Made by a program: the position numbers and the translations under genes. 64,000 nucleotides of DNA from Raillietiella orientalis. Lineage: Eukaryota. The DNA is taken from NCBI GenBank assembly GCA_036172245.1, contig JAYWIR010000040.1:558001-622000 (forward strand), read 5' to 3'. The notes under the pieces were generated by a model. The model had not been told where the DNA came from. It did no database searches and saw nothing but the letters and a program-made list of their open reading frames with translations. Positions 1 to 14,600 of the stretch are shown here, piece after piece (position 1 is the stretch's first letter; every line of letters starts with the position of its first letter).

Positions 1-900
1 CAGCCCATCCTCCTTATTCCAAGATCATCAAATTTCTATTCCCGAACCTTTCTGTCGCTCGGAGCTATTTTGCTTCGCCCGAGTGGCCAAGGCCCCTACT
101 GGGGTCTGGTTTGGAAGAGTCCGCGTAGAACAACCATCCCCCATCAGAACGAGATGAAACTCCAACGTCTCCTACTTCAGCGATACCCTTAATTCTGGAA
201 ATGGCGCCCCTGATTCACACGCGGAAACTTGAGAAAAGACTCGTTAGAAAGCGGGGCGTACTTTCTGCTCCGCTGCAGCCAGCATGGAAAATATTGCAAA
301 CTATGGAACCACCTCTTGCCACTGTCCCACTTGATTAATGCATAGCCGTTTTGGCATTAACCACGCTGCGAGATTCAGTTCTTTCTACTCCTTCCTTGAA
401 TTCTGCTGTCGGGAACAACAGCCTTTGCTTTCTATCCTCTCCCGACACGTCTGGAAGAGCTAGCCCGACTTCAGGTCTGGGATTCTCTCAGACCCTGGTC
501 AGCGGTGCGGATCGAATCAAAGAAAACGAATCTGAAACCCTAAGCTCCGGTGTCACGATCGAGTAGCTTTGGTTCATCAAGGAGAACCTTTCCTGCAGCT
601 GGAATCTGCGTTCTGCTGCGCTCACCCGCTTGGCGGTTCTCGAAACAACGAGTCGTGTGACCGGAAGGCATCCCACTGCTGACCTGGGAAGGAGGAGGAT
701 TCGGGCTCGTAAGGGTGCAGGCGAGCAGAGTAGACCGCCTGCAGGGATGACGCGGTTCTCCGGTGGACTGGAGCAGCACTTGACAGCATTCTTCCTCTTT
801 CACATTATTTTCTGACGACTGAAGGCAGACGTCCTTAGATGTCCTTGGCTATGGGAACCTTTCCTCGTCGACACGCTTTGTCCTTCTATTCGACATTCTG
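1..900 (-). mobile_element. Decayed non-LTR retrotransposon fragment (ORF1 end / endonuclease start), running off the window edge
   Basis: Weak minus-strand remnants of AP-endonuclease N-terminal motifs near 330 and 235, preceded by Ser/Arg/Pro-rich ORF1-like sequence. No intact frame. Confidence 0.3.
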
Positions 901-1029
901 CTATTTAAAATAAATACATCCGTTTTCTCATGCAACGTCCACCATGCACCAACTCTGCTCATGCTCTTTTTCACCAAACCCCTGGACCATCCGTTTTATC
1001 TCTGACTAATGGTGAATTTAAATTCGAAA

Positions 1030-1950
1030 GAAAACCTAAAGGTCAAAATGACTTCAAGGCCCGTTCTCAGAGATACCTGTGAATCATGACCCCTGGCTTG
1101 AACCCCGCATTCTGAATAGCACATCTTTGACGCTTGCTGACGTCTACGTGTGTGAGTTCCACTGCTCCGAATGCTATCACGTTTCTTTTAGGCACTGTTA
1201 TCTCTTCGGATCTGCCATCTCAGCCGATGTACGCTTCCGCTCGACTCGTCATGGAAGTCTGGAACGGTAAGGTGGAACGGTATAAATTGCAAAGAAGGTA
1301 AACCTGCTTCGTCGTGTGTTGGAGTCGTCTCTTCCGAAGCTTTCTTGAAGACCAGCCTCCGAGATCCTCGCGTTCTTGAGAAGGACGCCCCTCTCTTCGC
1401 GGCCCCCGGTGACACCCCCGGGAAGATGGAAGCTGATCCCCCTGACTCCTGTGATGACGGAAGTTTCTTTTTTTTTTTTTGCAGCAGCGGGAGAATTCGA
1501 AAAAATCGAAATCTGTAAGGAAAAAGCCCGTTTCCAAGTTACGATGCGACAGGCAGATCCTGCATTCCTGCATAGGAAACACAAAGGGCTTCTCATCGTA
1601 GCCCGGGGCCAAACAAACACTCGTTTCAAAAGCATGTTTTCTGTTTCTCTTCCAGTTGCATTCCCAGGCATTTTGCAGGATGGGAAAGGGGGGGGGGGGA
1701 CTGTCTCGGCGGATTTGCGAAGCTGCGAATAACCTGGGGTCTTCAAAGGCGGCTCCAGGTGCATCTCAGACATCTCCGCGGAGAACGGATTCTTCTCCCT
1801 CCGCCTCAATAAAAATTCCAGCTACAGGTAAGCGCGACTTTGGCGAGAGATGCTGGAGCGCTGCACAAGAGCCTGCGTAATAGAGCAGCGGCGGTGGCGG
1901 CAAACCGGTGGTTCAGTCCCTTACTGGCTCACTATTCCCGCGGATGGCAG
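1030..1950 (+). pseudogene. Possible degraded two-Ig-domain (immunoglobulin superfamily) gene
   Basis: Ordered motifs KPKGQNDFKAR, HDPWLEPRILNSTSLTLADVYVC, TVISSDLPSQPMYASARLVMEV, CE*PGVF, ENGFFSLRL and YWLTIP. Phase-compatible splice sites: gtgagt 1152, ttttag ending 1191, gtaagg 1267, gtaagc near 1827. In-frame stop near 1730 and frameshifts. Confidence 0.4.
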
Positions 1951-2499
1951 GATCCTGGACCGCCTTCGAGACGGTCAGGAGCACTCGTGTCAGAGGTTTC
2001 GGCCGGAAAGGGTCACACGGAGCAGCTGCGCGGAACGCTGATGTATTGCCTGAGTAAAACAACTGGTCACTGCGGAACAAAGCCTTCATATTGCGGATTC
2101 GGGACCTGAGTTTCGCGATTCAGGAATGCGCACCTCGTTTCTGGTACGCGCTGATAATCGGTTATCAGGCGATCTTCTCCTCAGTAGCACTTGAATGACG
2201 CCGCGAAATCTATCTTCTAGGAAGATCGCCTCAAGTTCGAAGGAACGGGACGTCGCAGCTTTCGTAGTCCCCGTAAGGAAGGAGCAGCAGCCACGAGCGA
2301 GTGCTTCGGAGCGGAAGAGGAAAGAAAGGAAGCCACTCATCGGGATGGAGGAGTAGCAGACGAGCGCGCTCGCGAAACGCAGACGAATTCCCGTATCGTT
2401 TGCATGCTATGGTAACGAGCTTCGTATCAGAAGTGATTTGATCCTTGAAAGCCAGAGCCGAAAAGAGAACCGAGAACGCTCGAGGCGTTTCTCTTTGGC

Positions 2500-4690
2500 T
2501 AGAGATGGAAAAGAGTTAGTTTAAAAATGGAACCAGAGGTCTTCAAAGTAGGGTGTGTGTAGATTACAACGCAGTCGTAAAATGAAACGAAGTAACCAAG
2601 GCGTTCTCCCCTTTTCGCGTATTTTTACAAACATTTCTAGTGTTCCAGTTTTAATTTCAGGGTTGCCAGCTTACTTTCTTTTGATAATAAAAGTTTCAGC
2701 GCTTGAAGCGGCTACCTGATATGAAGATAAGGTCTTGCAAAATCACCACCAACGCTAAACGTGGCAGCAACAGCGATTGCAAAATTACTGCAATTTTTAA
2801 TATGTATGATGATTCGATCCGGAATCATCATCAGCAGCAATTAAGATGGATGACTGAGTGTGATGAAACTGGATTTTGCAGCAAGTTGAGCAATGATTGC
2901 TCCTAATGGAGCCTTCGAGATGAGTCCCCTCTGACGAAATACCATAAAAGGGCACGGGCAAAGCACATGGCTCTCATTAGGGAAGTGATGCATGGGCGGT
3001 CGTCTTGGAGATTTAGTTCGGACTCATCCCATCGAGCATCGCAGTTGCTCTCGTGCAACAGACGGAATAAAGTGATTCGCTACACGCGATCTTTTGTAGA
3101 CTAGGGGAATCTTTGGGCTTACTTTTGAACGTTATGCCTCCTTGGTAAGCATCCTGGAGTTTTTTTTGTTTCTCTTTTTTGTACCTGCTTTAATGATTCT
3201 CTTCACGAGAAACGTTTTGGAGCAATTTTAGCCGCCAGCCATTCCAGACAATTCCACTGGACCAAAATCCGAAACGCCATCGCACCAACATTCTACGATG
3301 GAAGGAACCTAACTCTCTTCCTAAGCGACGAGATGTGTCCACTCGGGAGTTACGACGAGCTCCGTTCGGGAACGTGAAAGAGTCGGCTCTGCATCGGAAT
3401 TTAAGAAAAACCCAGAGTTTTTTTTCCTTGGTAAATTAAGATGCTTCCCCTTCCCTCTTTTTTCACAGAGATTCGTCAGTCATTCTGGTATGATCACCAC
3501 TGATCCACCACCCATCAAACCTGTAGGAACCGCACATCTATTTGCACACACTCTTATGGGAAATGTGACACATGTTGAAGGAGAGGACATTCGATTTCCA
3601 GCCGTGCCATTTACGTGGGACTGAAGTAAGACGGTCGATGGACAGTTGCCGAAGAAACGCACGAGCTGGTTCTGAACGTCGAAAACGAAGACCTCCTCCT
3701 TAAAGGAACGATTTTCTGGTTCCAAGAAGTTCCAAGGGATCCTGAGCTTTCCGTTTCGAGTGTTCAGCGATAGCGGATTCATCTGCATTGCCAGGGAGGT
3801 ATCTTCGCATCTCGGGAATAGAGAGATGCACTGAAGGAGCGAATCTGCACAGCAAGGTTACCCTCAACATTCCCCCAAATATTCTGCTGACTGTGGAGCA
3901 TCCTCTGATTAGTCATGCGGATGATTTCCGTAGGGAAAAGAAGTATTTCCGTAAGAAGTGCTTTCCAAGACTACAGGACACGAGGATGCATATCCTGCAG
4001 ATCTGTATCCGTTCATGAAAAAAGTGGAAGTGGTCTTACAAACCGAGGTGAAGTTGTGATGTAGGGGGTTCATTGGGGTCTTCCTCGGAATGAGGGATGC
4101 CATCACGTCTCAGCGAGAAAAGTGTCCAAAAGGCAAAGGGCACACCCGTCTCGGGACAGTGGGAGTACTCCCGCATGTGCTGTTTGAATGCAAAAGTCTG
4201 CATCGGGGATGGGGAGCGTCTCTGGGAATAATCTCCAGATGCGCCACAAGACACTGCCTCGAAGAAGTGCTTGATCCTCCGGACCTGCCGCTTGCCACAA
4301 GCCAAAAACGGTGACATCCAGAATGCGGGGTAGGAGGTGGCCCTGATCCAACGGAGCCATCTCCATCTGCTATCGTTATCATGCGAAGAGATGTGGGCAG
4401 ATGGTCCAATCTAGGATGTTAGTTGCAAGGGGGAGATTGTGGACGTACTTACTAAAGACTAGAAAAAGCACCCCAGCCCCTTCATCTCAGCCTCGGGAAT
4501 TGCGTTCCGTACCCTGGGACTCGTCCATCCTATTCCCCGTTTATTTATTATGCCTTCCTCTTTTTCCTCATTCCCCCCTAGCTCTTTCCCTCTGAGGGTG
4601 GTCCTCCTGGTTCCGGCACATACTGATCCTTCTTTAGCTTCAAAAAGTTTATTCATTCCAAGTAAGTGGTCCGTCCATCCGGGACGGGAA
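2500..4690 (+). mobile_element. Decayed L1/Tx1-like LINE ORF2 with 3' end
   Basis: Post-endonuclease GRSSWRF near 2995; C-terminal zinc-finger remnant CPKG...PHVLFEC (4120-4190); GRWSNL near 4400, resembling the ends of the copies at 49.7 and 56.6 kb; pyrimidine-rich 3' UTR. Confidence 0.55.
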
Positions 4691-5349
4691 ACCCTGAACT
4701 CCAGGTTTGCTTCAGGCACAGGATCTTCCCAGCTACGAAAGCTTGAGGTTGCCAAGGAAGAACTGGAACCTATTTGAGGCACATCTTCAGAAAATGGGGG
4801 CAGCGTGAGCCGGCTTTTCCTTCCGTGATTCCCCCGTGCACGGGAATATTCCTCAGCGTTTCGGGTAGCACCCAATTTACGAGCGGGAGCTACCCGAAAC
4901 GCTGCAGTTCACTGATGCTCACAGCGGAGTCCACGGCTGGAAAAGCTACCAGGATTCGGTTGGAGTGAAAGGCGGAGGTGGAAGCAGATCCTTGGGCAGA
5001 AAACAGGAAGCCACTCCAGTCTGGCATCCGCACTTTCAGCTTAACACGGATGACCGCCTCTTGAGAAAACGGACGGCTTCAGAACTTTCCTCTGTCTTCG
5101 TATGTGCGATGTATGTAAACTTCGTATGTGGACTGGATGCAGCTGATGTGCTTGCAGCTGAAAAATTCTCTCCTCGCTACACACGCAGCGCTTGCATTCG
5201 GGGGGCTGATTTCCACGCACCCAGTCCTCCTCGTTAGAGAGATGGAGAAAACCCTTGGCCCGGGGTAACATTGCTATCTCGATCCAAGACTTTCCTACCC
5301 TCAAAGATTAAAAGTGACCATCACTTTCTGCCTGCATTTCTCTTTCCTC

Positions 5350-8300
5350 CTCTGTTAGAAGTGGTAGCTCCAAGTGGGTGGCTTTGTGATATGCATCAGC
5401 GATTCCCATTCTGACTTTTCCTCCTACAAGTTCCTTTCGAAGCCAAACGTGTTGTTAGCCTTATGGAGTCAGTTTGATTTTGGGACCAAATCTGTAAGAA
5501 CCAAGCGAACTGAAGAAACAACGGATTCTGGACTTAACTGCGAGATGCCAATGGTGTTGCGTTCAAGAGATGCTGGCGTGAAGCCTGGAAAGGTTGAGAC
5601 CTGTCTGGCTTGTTAGAGCTACGAACCAAGGAAATTCGGCCCTGGGTGATCACTGACGTCCCTCGATGTCGAAAAGTAGCCTTCTGATTTCTAATGGTTT
5701 GCAAGATTTCTAACGTGCAACCTGAATCGAAGATTTCCTGGAGGCTTTCTAATCAGGGTGGATCGGCGAAATGAAGCTGAATTTTCGTTCCAGGTAGTAC
5801 CTGGAAAGAAGTGGCCGACGGCATAAGCAAATGGGTCTCCTTCACTGACGCTTAATAAGGCATTGGCAGCAGGCAGTTGCTGTCTTATCCAGTGAACCAC
5901 GGGAAACAAACAGACCATCCCAAGAAGATGGGGTGATTCATTTCTTCCAGCCGGATGCACAGCTTCGAGTATCATGGCATCTTTCTATTTCGAAATGATT
6001 CATGATCCTTAAAACCTATTACCAAAACTGATGCTGACTGCAGTGTTTTGACTGCTTTCTCCCGAGAGTAGAGGGCTGCGAACGAGTGATTCGGTTTGGA
6101 CAACTCGACTGCGAACATGCAGACCGTTGCGAGTGTTTGCATTTTGTTCCTTTCACGACGAACCTGCTAATCGTGAGGGTTCGTCATTCCTCCTCTTGCA
6201 GCATTTACGATCTCTCACGAGTTTTTCATCACAAGCGGAAGATATTCTGATACTTTTGTGGGCACTCGATCTTAGCAGTGAAATTTTTCAACGTCTTCGT
6301 CAGCTGCTGATTCCCCTCTCTTTAGAACTCAATTCTTTGCTGAAGGAATCGCAAAAAAAAGAATAAAGAAAACAAAACGAAGCTCGTCCTTGGATTAGAA
6401 ACAAGAGTATCAAACTTTTAGAGACCAGAGATGGTAGGCAAACCACCAATTAGGAATCAGCACTCATGGGCACACCTTCGAGCTAAGCCTTTGCCAGCCA
6501 TGGAGAAGTCTTCAAGCCCCAATGAGACGCAGCAACGAGGATTTTCAGGAGTTTGCACCGTGTCTGTTCACTCTGGTGACTCCAGGAAATGAATAGCAAG
6601 CACTAAGGAAAGCGCAAAACCATGAAAGGACAAGACCGAGAAACACGAGTTTGAGGCTTCGTTCAGGATCCATTTGAAGACTCCCTTTCCTAAAAGCGCT
6701 TTAATGCGGACAGTCCTCTAGAACAGTGCAGCCTTCAGCACAAGGCAAACTCGAGCATCTTCTGTAGCACCTGCGGAGTCTGATGTCCGCACTGCAATGT
6801 GTCTTCCGCCGCCTCATCGGTGATCCAATTCGGTCCATGTTCTAAGCATTGCTTGCAATCGATTGGTAATACGTGGGTTACGCGTACTTTGCTTCCAAGA
6901 TAGGGGTTGACTTGTGATGACTGTTGCAGATCTGTTATCCTCACTCACTCTACAGGAAGAGCTTAGCTGCGGTTAAATTCGAGAGGAGTAAAGCATGAAG
7001 TTTTACTCTCTGATGTTTCAGGTTAGCTGAAGCTTGGACGGGCAGTTCCGTTATACAGCAGCGAGAAGTCTCGGTGAAGCCTTGTAGGTGGATCGCATCT
7101 CGCGTGTTCTCCGTCATCTTAGGAAGCACTGGAAAAGTTAGTAGAAACGCTTGCTACATGATGATCGTTCGATCTACTCGATGATGTTTCTCCTGCTGAG
7201 GAGACGCCTTGCAAGGTTCTCTCATATAAATAACCAACTCCGATGGAAATCGATATCTATCTTCACGATAAGGGTCAGCAGCCCCGGACACATTGCGCAG
7301 ATGTTTCTGGATGAAATAGGAACACATAAACTCGTAAATAGAAATGTCATTTTGTACGGGAGACAATCTCAAAGCTGTTGGCTGCAAGGACTGTCTTTCT
7401 GCATCGGCAGTAGCAACGCTAGCTGAATTCAAAGCTGTCATTTCTCATTTCCCCGGATATTTTTCCCTTACCATATAACTTTGGAACACGACTCAGATCG
7501 GCAATTGGCAATCTTGTTCTTGATTGCAGATGCCAGAGAGCTGGAAGCTTGAACGAGGAAGATGGTTCTGGCTTCTTCCTTACGTAATACAAATAGAGCC
7601 GATGCTTTACTCAGAGGACTTGTTTCCAGCGGTAAGGGAAAAGCCGAAGTCCAAGAATCATTCCTTGCAGGAGGTGAACAAATCATTTGTCCTTTTGTAC
7701 TTACGGAAAGTGCAGAAGTCCATCTATTTCTCTCAGCTGAAAGAAAACATCTCTAAGCAAAACAAGCAGTTATTGGTACGTGCAAGACATCTTCTCAGCA
7801 GGCGAAAGATCATGAATCTTTGGAGCGTAGTTCAGTTTCAGGGACCCAGGATGCGTCAAATCACAGGAACGTCATCAACCGAATTCCCATCTCACCACTG
7901 CTCGTCGATTCCGATCTTCGAAGGATACGTTTACGTGAAAATAAATAAATAAATAAATGCAACGTATTGTCCTCTGATCACGTAAGGAACGGGGATGCAG
8001 ACTGGAGGCTTGGGATAGTTCAGACAATACGACTATCCGTGAAATCCATAAAATCGTCCATATCCATAGTTCCCTTCATCACCCGCACTCTGTACGATGT
8101 GCCCCTTCCTACCAAGAATTCCTGCTGTGTTTCGTGGAATGTTTCGTTCTGTTCTGATCAGGGGTCCAAACGGTCACTTTCACTTCGGCCACTCATGAAA
8201 CCAGCAGTGTCCTTCTGGCCGCGTTCTTTTCTCCAGGCCCCTTGATGCCTTTTTCTACGCAATGCACTTCACAGAGTGAAACGCAACGTCTAAGCCACGT

Positions 8301-8720
8301 CACTTCACCTCCACACGAGTGGTAGTGGGCGAAAACGCATTCTCTCGAGGATATTTCTTCATCGTCACACTCGATCAAGTGACTGATTAAATGAGTTGAA
8401 GACATGCATGTTATGTACATGTGACGAAACACTGCTCATACCATTATGATTTGCGCAAGTTCACCTAATGTCGTTGCCCAATGCGCTCTTAATTGCGCAT
8501 GCCCTTATACTTTGCACTGCGCCACCAACGACTGATGGATGGGAACTGGATCGATCGAAGACTCGAGATACGAAAATGACCTCGGGTGAGCTCGTTTCGG
8601 TCGCGGGACGGTTCCTATCACTTATACCAGAAACGACCCTAGGGACTCGGCTAAGTCGGCTGAAAATTTTCCACAGACGCCTTCTCGCTTCCTTCTGGTT
8701 CATTGATTCACTCTTTGCAT
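5350..8720 (+). mobile_element. Decayed L1/Tx1-like LINE (endonuclease + RT remnants)
   Basis: Collinear degenerate motifs: RFLTCNLN (~5705), ISKLLAAR (~7365), GGEQIICP (GVRQGCP-like, ~7670), GGLGI (~8005). Many stops and frameshifts. Confidence 0.55.
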
Positions 8721-8749
8721 CCTAGACTGATGGGAATCCGAGTGGACCA

Positions 8750-11600
8750 TAAACTGCATTCGGAGAAAGAAGGAAGGGGATGGGGTGAGGGGAAACATCG
8801 AAACTTTCTGAAGACTTACTACTAGTCATGGATTCAGCGATCATCAAAGCAATGGTTTCCAAGAGGGTGAGGGTTGAGGATCCTCGAATCTACTTCCGGA
8901 TTTCTTCCAGTGAAACTTCCTGATGATGGCAGCCTTCGAGCTGCACCGGAACGGTTGTAAATTTCGAAGGTGAGGGCCGCTTGAAGATTGCATGCGGACA
9001 GCTGGAGGCTGGCTGAAGACCGGGAAGGACTCTTTGAAGAAGCACCAGTTTCGAAAAGTAGATGAACGGCTTTCCAAGGGTAATTCCATGAGCTCTGGAA
9101 GCTGGTCGGATGGCAGGATCGTAACCAGCCGTTGTTTACTCTGAGAGCAGAGGAATCAGCTTCTCCTCGCTGCCTGTATGGAGCTCCTCTTCCTAACAAG
9201 GGTAGACTTATGGACACAGAGATGTCGTTCATGAGGATTAGAAGAGGATAACAGATGGGAGACAGCTAGTGGACTATTTTCTGTATGGAGCACTGCAAAC
9301 CAGAAATGGAATCTCTCGCTCTTGAAGGAGATGGTCTGGGAGATGGCCCTCCCATGCTAAAAGAGATCGATTTTGTTAGGAAACTCGCAGTCCCTAAGGA
9401 GGGAAACAGGGATGCTGGCATACCGTTGTTGATGCGGAAGAGCTAGGATCCCTCTTTTCAAAGTCCTGCGAATTTCCAGGAAAGAAATCATGGAAACAAC
9501 CGAAACCAGAAAACAGAAAGGGATCTTCTGGGAGAAGAGAAGAAACGCTCCATTTCGTTGTTCATTCAAAGACCTGCAGCGACGACCACATAACAAGCTG
9601 ATCGCAGTCTCATTCCTAGGTTCACGACCTTTAGATACATCGTTGAATTTTTCTTTTTTTGTCACGCCTGGAGTGTTCGTTTCTCATAGAGACTCACGCC
9701 TAATGCAGATGTTCGAAGCGGCTCGAAAGATTCAGGATGGAATGCGGCAAATCAGATGAGCTAAAAGCAATCAAGAATTCGTCTCCTTTTTTTTTTGTCG
9801 CACCTTTGCTTGGAAAATCAAACAGATGACCGGCACCCTTTCGCGCCGTGCATTTCGAATGAAACGCTTGACCCCCGATCTACTCTGAGATGCCTCTATC
9901 CTCTCGTTGTGTGCATCACACTGCCTTCACGGATGGGAGGCAGCGAACTTTCGCTCCTGCAATACGAAGCGGACAGCTCCTCGGGACAGCTTCAATGGCG
10001 CTCGTTACCGAATTCCAAGTGAGCCCTGCAAGCAAGAAGATGGGTGAGAAACGCGGAGGTTTAGTTGCTAAAGAAACAGCAAGGGATGCTCCAAACTCTT
10101 CCGTGGGGACGTAGGGAAACGCTGAGAGGCTTGGATTTCCAAGGATGCTGTTCTCTCGGATGAACCGTAGATTGAACTGAGATGAATAACGTTCCGTTGC
10201 TAACTTCTAGGAGAGACATCCCGCCGCCCCTCGGTTATTTGGATTAGATTGCAGATCGACCCAGCATCCTGGCCATTTCTCCGATTCAGGATCAGCTCTG
10301 CTACAAGAGCTTCAACGGACCGATCAAGCAAATGAGAGATGCAAGGCACTACTCCATGAAGTTGATGTTATAATCGAAGATAAGAGCGCCTTTGCTATGC
10401 TAACGGAATAGCATTGTGGAGCCAACATGACTAACTGGGCAGACCATGGATACCTCATTCTTTCATTTTTTTTTTTCTCGCTTTTTGCAGGTTAGAGAGT
10501 GGGATATTCTAGTGACACTAGCTCGGACGCTGCCATGCATGCTGATGACGAATGAGCACTAGCGGTCGGAGATTCCTATCACCTCTTCAGCATAGTAATT
10601 CTCCGCCATCTAATCTTTAGGATGCCATGAATATCTGCCCCTCCGTTCTTGAGATCGAGTCGGTGGACAGGATGCGGTGACTCATCTTGTTGCTCCCATT
10701 GACTGTCCTGCGAATGTTAGGTGGCTGTGGACGAATCTAACCTTTTCCTATGGTCTTTCGGTTTCCTAGGGATATTTTAGCGTGCTGAAGACGTCATCTC
10801 AGTGGCGGTGTACGCATGCACAGGCATACAGTATTCATGGTGATCACTATGGCTTCCTCTTGGAGTAAACATTCTATTGTAATTTGGAATCACGACTCGA
10901 AATGGAACTGGCTGGAAGTCATAGAATCCATCGCTATCGTACAAAGACGGCCGTCTTTGGTACACAAGCTCAGAGGGCAGAATCACGGTCTGATTGTAGA
11001 TTCCTCATCTTCCTACACATTCATTCAGCTTATGAGTGAAGGCATAAGTTCAGTAACGACTCATGAATGACTCTGCAGTACACAAACCACAGGCATCCTG
11101 CAGGGTGCGCGAAGTATCCCTACGCACGGTGCTTTCTTCGCGGGACATGATCCTCCCGTGTTTCGGATGCTTAGTGACAAAGATTTCATTTCGCTTCCTT
11201 TGGCTACACCGTGATTAACCCAGAGGTTCTTTTTCTCATGTGCAGATCAGTGGGGGTTTTCGGAATGTTCGGAAGTGATACTGAACGTTGTATTCTTGAA
11301 GCTCCGCTTTTCTTTATTTTGTCTTTCCGGAGTCCATATTTTCTATGTCACTTTCGACTTGCTCTATCCTCATTCATCTAAGCCGGGCATAAACTCTCTT
11401 CGGGTTTTCCCCATATGTTGGTCACTTCTGCAAGCGTTGCTTAGCTGCTAATCGCGGTGTCTGGGGTCCGGTGAATTTGGTGGTTTGCAGCAGCCCTTAG
11501 TCGCAAAGACTTAGTCTGCTTTTTTTCTCCACACATTCCAACGTTCGGTCGACGTCCACATAAATGGCACCAGACTTTGAAAGCTGACTGAACGTTTCTT
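8750..11600 (-). mobile_element. Decayed LINE, reverse orientation
   Basis: Degenerate CCHC knuckle SNACRSDQHMGKTR (~11400-11440), SDH endonuclease motif (~10840), GG-x-G-like RT motif (~9345). Confidence 0.4.
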
Positions 11601-11649
11601 GATTGGTTGTCTGAAACTGCTGTTCAGGAAAGTCACAACGGCTTTCCTG

Positions 11650-14600
11650 GACATCCCGTTTCTCATGACAAATAGTTTTTTGCTATGGTGCCAGCTTGCA
11701 GCTCAAAATGGCGAGCTCCTTTGCAAACACCGTTTCCCGCCCTCTCAGATGGAAAGCACCTATTCTTTTCACTTTATTGGGACATAAGCTTGGCGAAAGA
11801 AAGGGCAGTCCTCCTTCAGCTGGCCATCAAAATAGTTACTACCTACTTCTTGGATCACGAATTCTGCTAAAGACTGCCATTTTCCTGTTGATAACAGCGA
11901 ATAGGCAAAGGGTTGTTAGAAGCATTCAATATGACGATGTCAGGGTACTTGGCTGACCCATTTCGCATTTCCACAACAATCTGATTGGCTGGCCAGCATG
12001 AGACTGACACAGTCCCAGGCAGTTGGCCCTTCATGACTTTTCTGAATGAGGGTCCCGAGCAGGAATTGCGGATGGACAACCTGATAACCTCCTATCTTTT
12101 TTTAAAAAAAAACACCATACACTTTACTTCAGATTGACTTGCAGTAGGCTTGAATGTGACTTCATACAGATGCCAAGTAGCTTTGTGGATACTGCTACTC
12201 ACCTCTTGGCTGGCAGAAGAAATCCGTGCCACCGTATTATCTTTCCCTCCTTTAGATGCACCCACTTGAAAGTAGCTTCCCTGCCTGTTATACCATTCTC
12301 TAAGGCTGCAACTGACTCGATCTGGATCCAGTACTCCCACCCAGTTTGAGTTTCCAGAGAGCAGATTGCATCCACCGTACACTCCAGTTTTATGAAGCAG
12401 GGTTTCCTTCGGCTGGCAGTCCACTTGAGATAAGCTACTTGGGAAAAAGAGCTATTTTTACAGAAACAGGTGCATCAAAGGCCCAAAGACAGAAACAACC
12501 TCTTGACTGTCACTGTTTTTCAATCTGGGATTATCGTGCGGTCCTATGGAGGTATTCCCAACCTTGAGAATTTCTCCGGTCGATTATATGCTCCACTATA
12601 CCCTAGTTGGCAGGAGTTCATTCTCATCTTGTTCCTTTCTTCCCTGCTGGTGATCACGACTCCAAGATGCAGAGACTCATACTTTCTCGGATCAGTCAGC
12701 CCTGCTTTTTGATATGGATTATGTGGTTACTGATAAAGTTCCTGTGGCACATCTTTGGATTTCGTCATTGATCATTCTCGTACGCCAGTGTAAAGTTTTT
12801 TTGAAAGAACTCCCTTGACCACCAAATTATAGAATCATCTGCCAAATTGAAGAGCAGGAAACAGAATCCCAAGCAAGGAGGACCCTTATCCCTCCTTGCT
12901 TATGATCCTGCTTGTATGAACGTGTTCGTTCCTGTGTGTAGGTCCTTCCAAGAGATCCTCCTTCCTCCTCATCTGCAGGGTTCCATGCATATCCACTCGT
13001 GTGGCAATGGCACCGGATACACTGACGAAGTCAATGGACGTCATCCTCTTGTGATCCATTGCTGGTGTTTAGAGGACGAAGCTCTGCTCCAAGAGTCCGT
13101 CGTGGGTCGTGAAACCTTTTCGTTTTGGACTTCCGCAGATTGTCGATCTTCACTCTATAATTCTTCTTGCCAGGCCTGGTTGAGTGCAAGAAGTCGATGC
13201 ACTCGAATGGAGATGTTGGTCTCCGGTTCGTTTTTCCTTTTGGTCCCGCCGAGGAATTGGATGCAGGGTGGGTCTAGGGTAATTCCAGTGTGTCGTGATC
13301 CTCTGGCATCTCAGACATATGCTAAATATGTTTGTTAGCATTGTAGCCTCGTGATCAATCCATTCTTATCCTCGAAACGGGATGTTTTCGGAGGAATTTT
13401 CTGTCTTAGTAGTATCGCGGAAACCTCCTTCTCTCCAAGACTTGCGAGATCAGTAGGGGAGGTCGGGTCGTTCCTTCCCATCTTCCTGTTTCCAACGAAT
13501 GATGTCTCTATTTGATGTCCAGTAGCGTTTCGGATGGTGTCTCTAAGGGTTCTTGTGCTTCTTCAGTGGGAATTTTTTGATACCTGCCTTCTTGTCCAAG
13601 GATGATGGAAATATGGGAATCTTCCGGTTCCTTCTGTTTCCCTGCTTTTCTTCCAGCTTTTTTGTTTTTCGGGTTTTCCTATTTTTTGGTTCACTAAGTA
13701 CTTAGGAATCGCTTGCCCCCTCAGGGGGAACTCAGCTCACAAAGTTCTTCAGCACTCTGAATACCATTCGAGGGTGCGAGTAAGTCTTCAAGTTAGGTGG
13801 GTTCGTTACGAGGAAGATTCCGGAGATGTTTCCCTTCGATCAGGGAAGTCGGTGGCAAAGATGGCAGAAGACGCGCTCCAGTGGAGGTGCTCGCGGGTGC
13901 ATGGGTGTGCTCAATTTCTTCCCCTCCCCCCTAACCAGGGGGAGGCTTCCGCTCTCAGTTCTTTCTGCTCCCGCCCGCCCTGCGGCCCTACCGTGCTCTT
14001 TTTTCCTGCTCGGGTCATCACCACGACTCCTTCCCTCCTTCCCCGTTTGGGAAGAGGAAGTCCGTATTCCATCCGTGTCCTGTGTACGGGAAGCACTACG
14101 TCAACGAGGAAAGTCACCTTGCGTGCCACCCTCAGGGGGTCCTCCGGGTCCCGGACCTTTGGCACTGCTCCTCTTGTCACTTGGTCTTCTACCACCAACC
14201 AGATAAGGCGGAGGGGGGGAATCCGTTCCCCTTCTCCCTCTCCCCCCATCCTCCTGCATCTCTCTGTCTCCACATCTTCGCCTCCCTCCTTCCTTTCTCA
14301 ATACCTCTCTGGACTTCGTCATCTAGGTGCATCACACGCCATCTCCCGCCGCAGATCCATCTCGGCCACATAAAGGCTCTGCATGCCCCAAGCACCAGTT
14401 TCTCACTCAGTACCTGCTAAGCCGGGATGCGATGGGGAGTTGTCTCCAGGAGGAACAGGTGTTTGGCGGGAAGGATTCGGACGGCCCTACTTTTGTTGCG
14501 GGTGGCAGTTCTCAGCCTTTTCCTTCATCTACCATCTCTGAATGCTCTTTTGCTACCACTGGTCATGGTGTGTATGCCCTGTGTTGATTCTCTTCATTCC

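Noticed and set aside
10460..10560. Strong splice acceptor and exon
   Set aside because: Followed by stops and no donor; the T-run lies within a decayed LINE.
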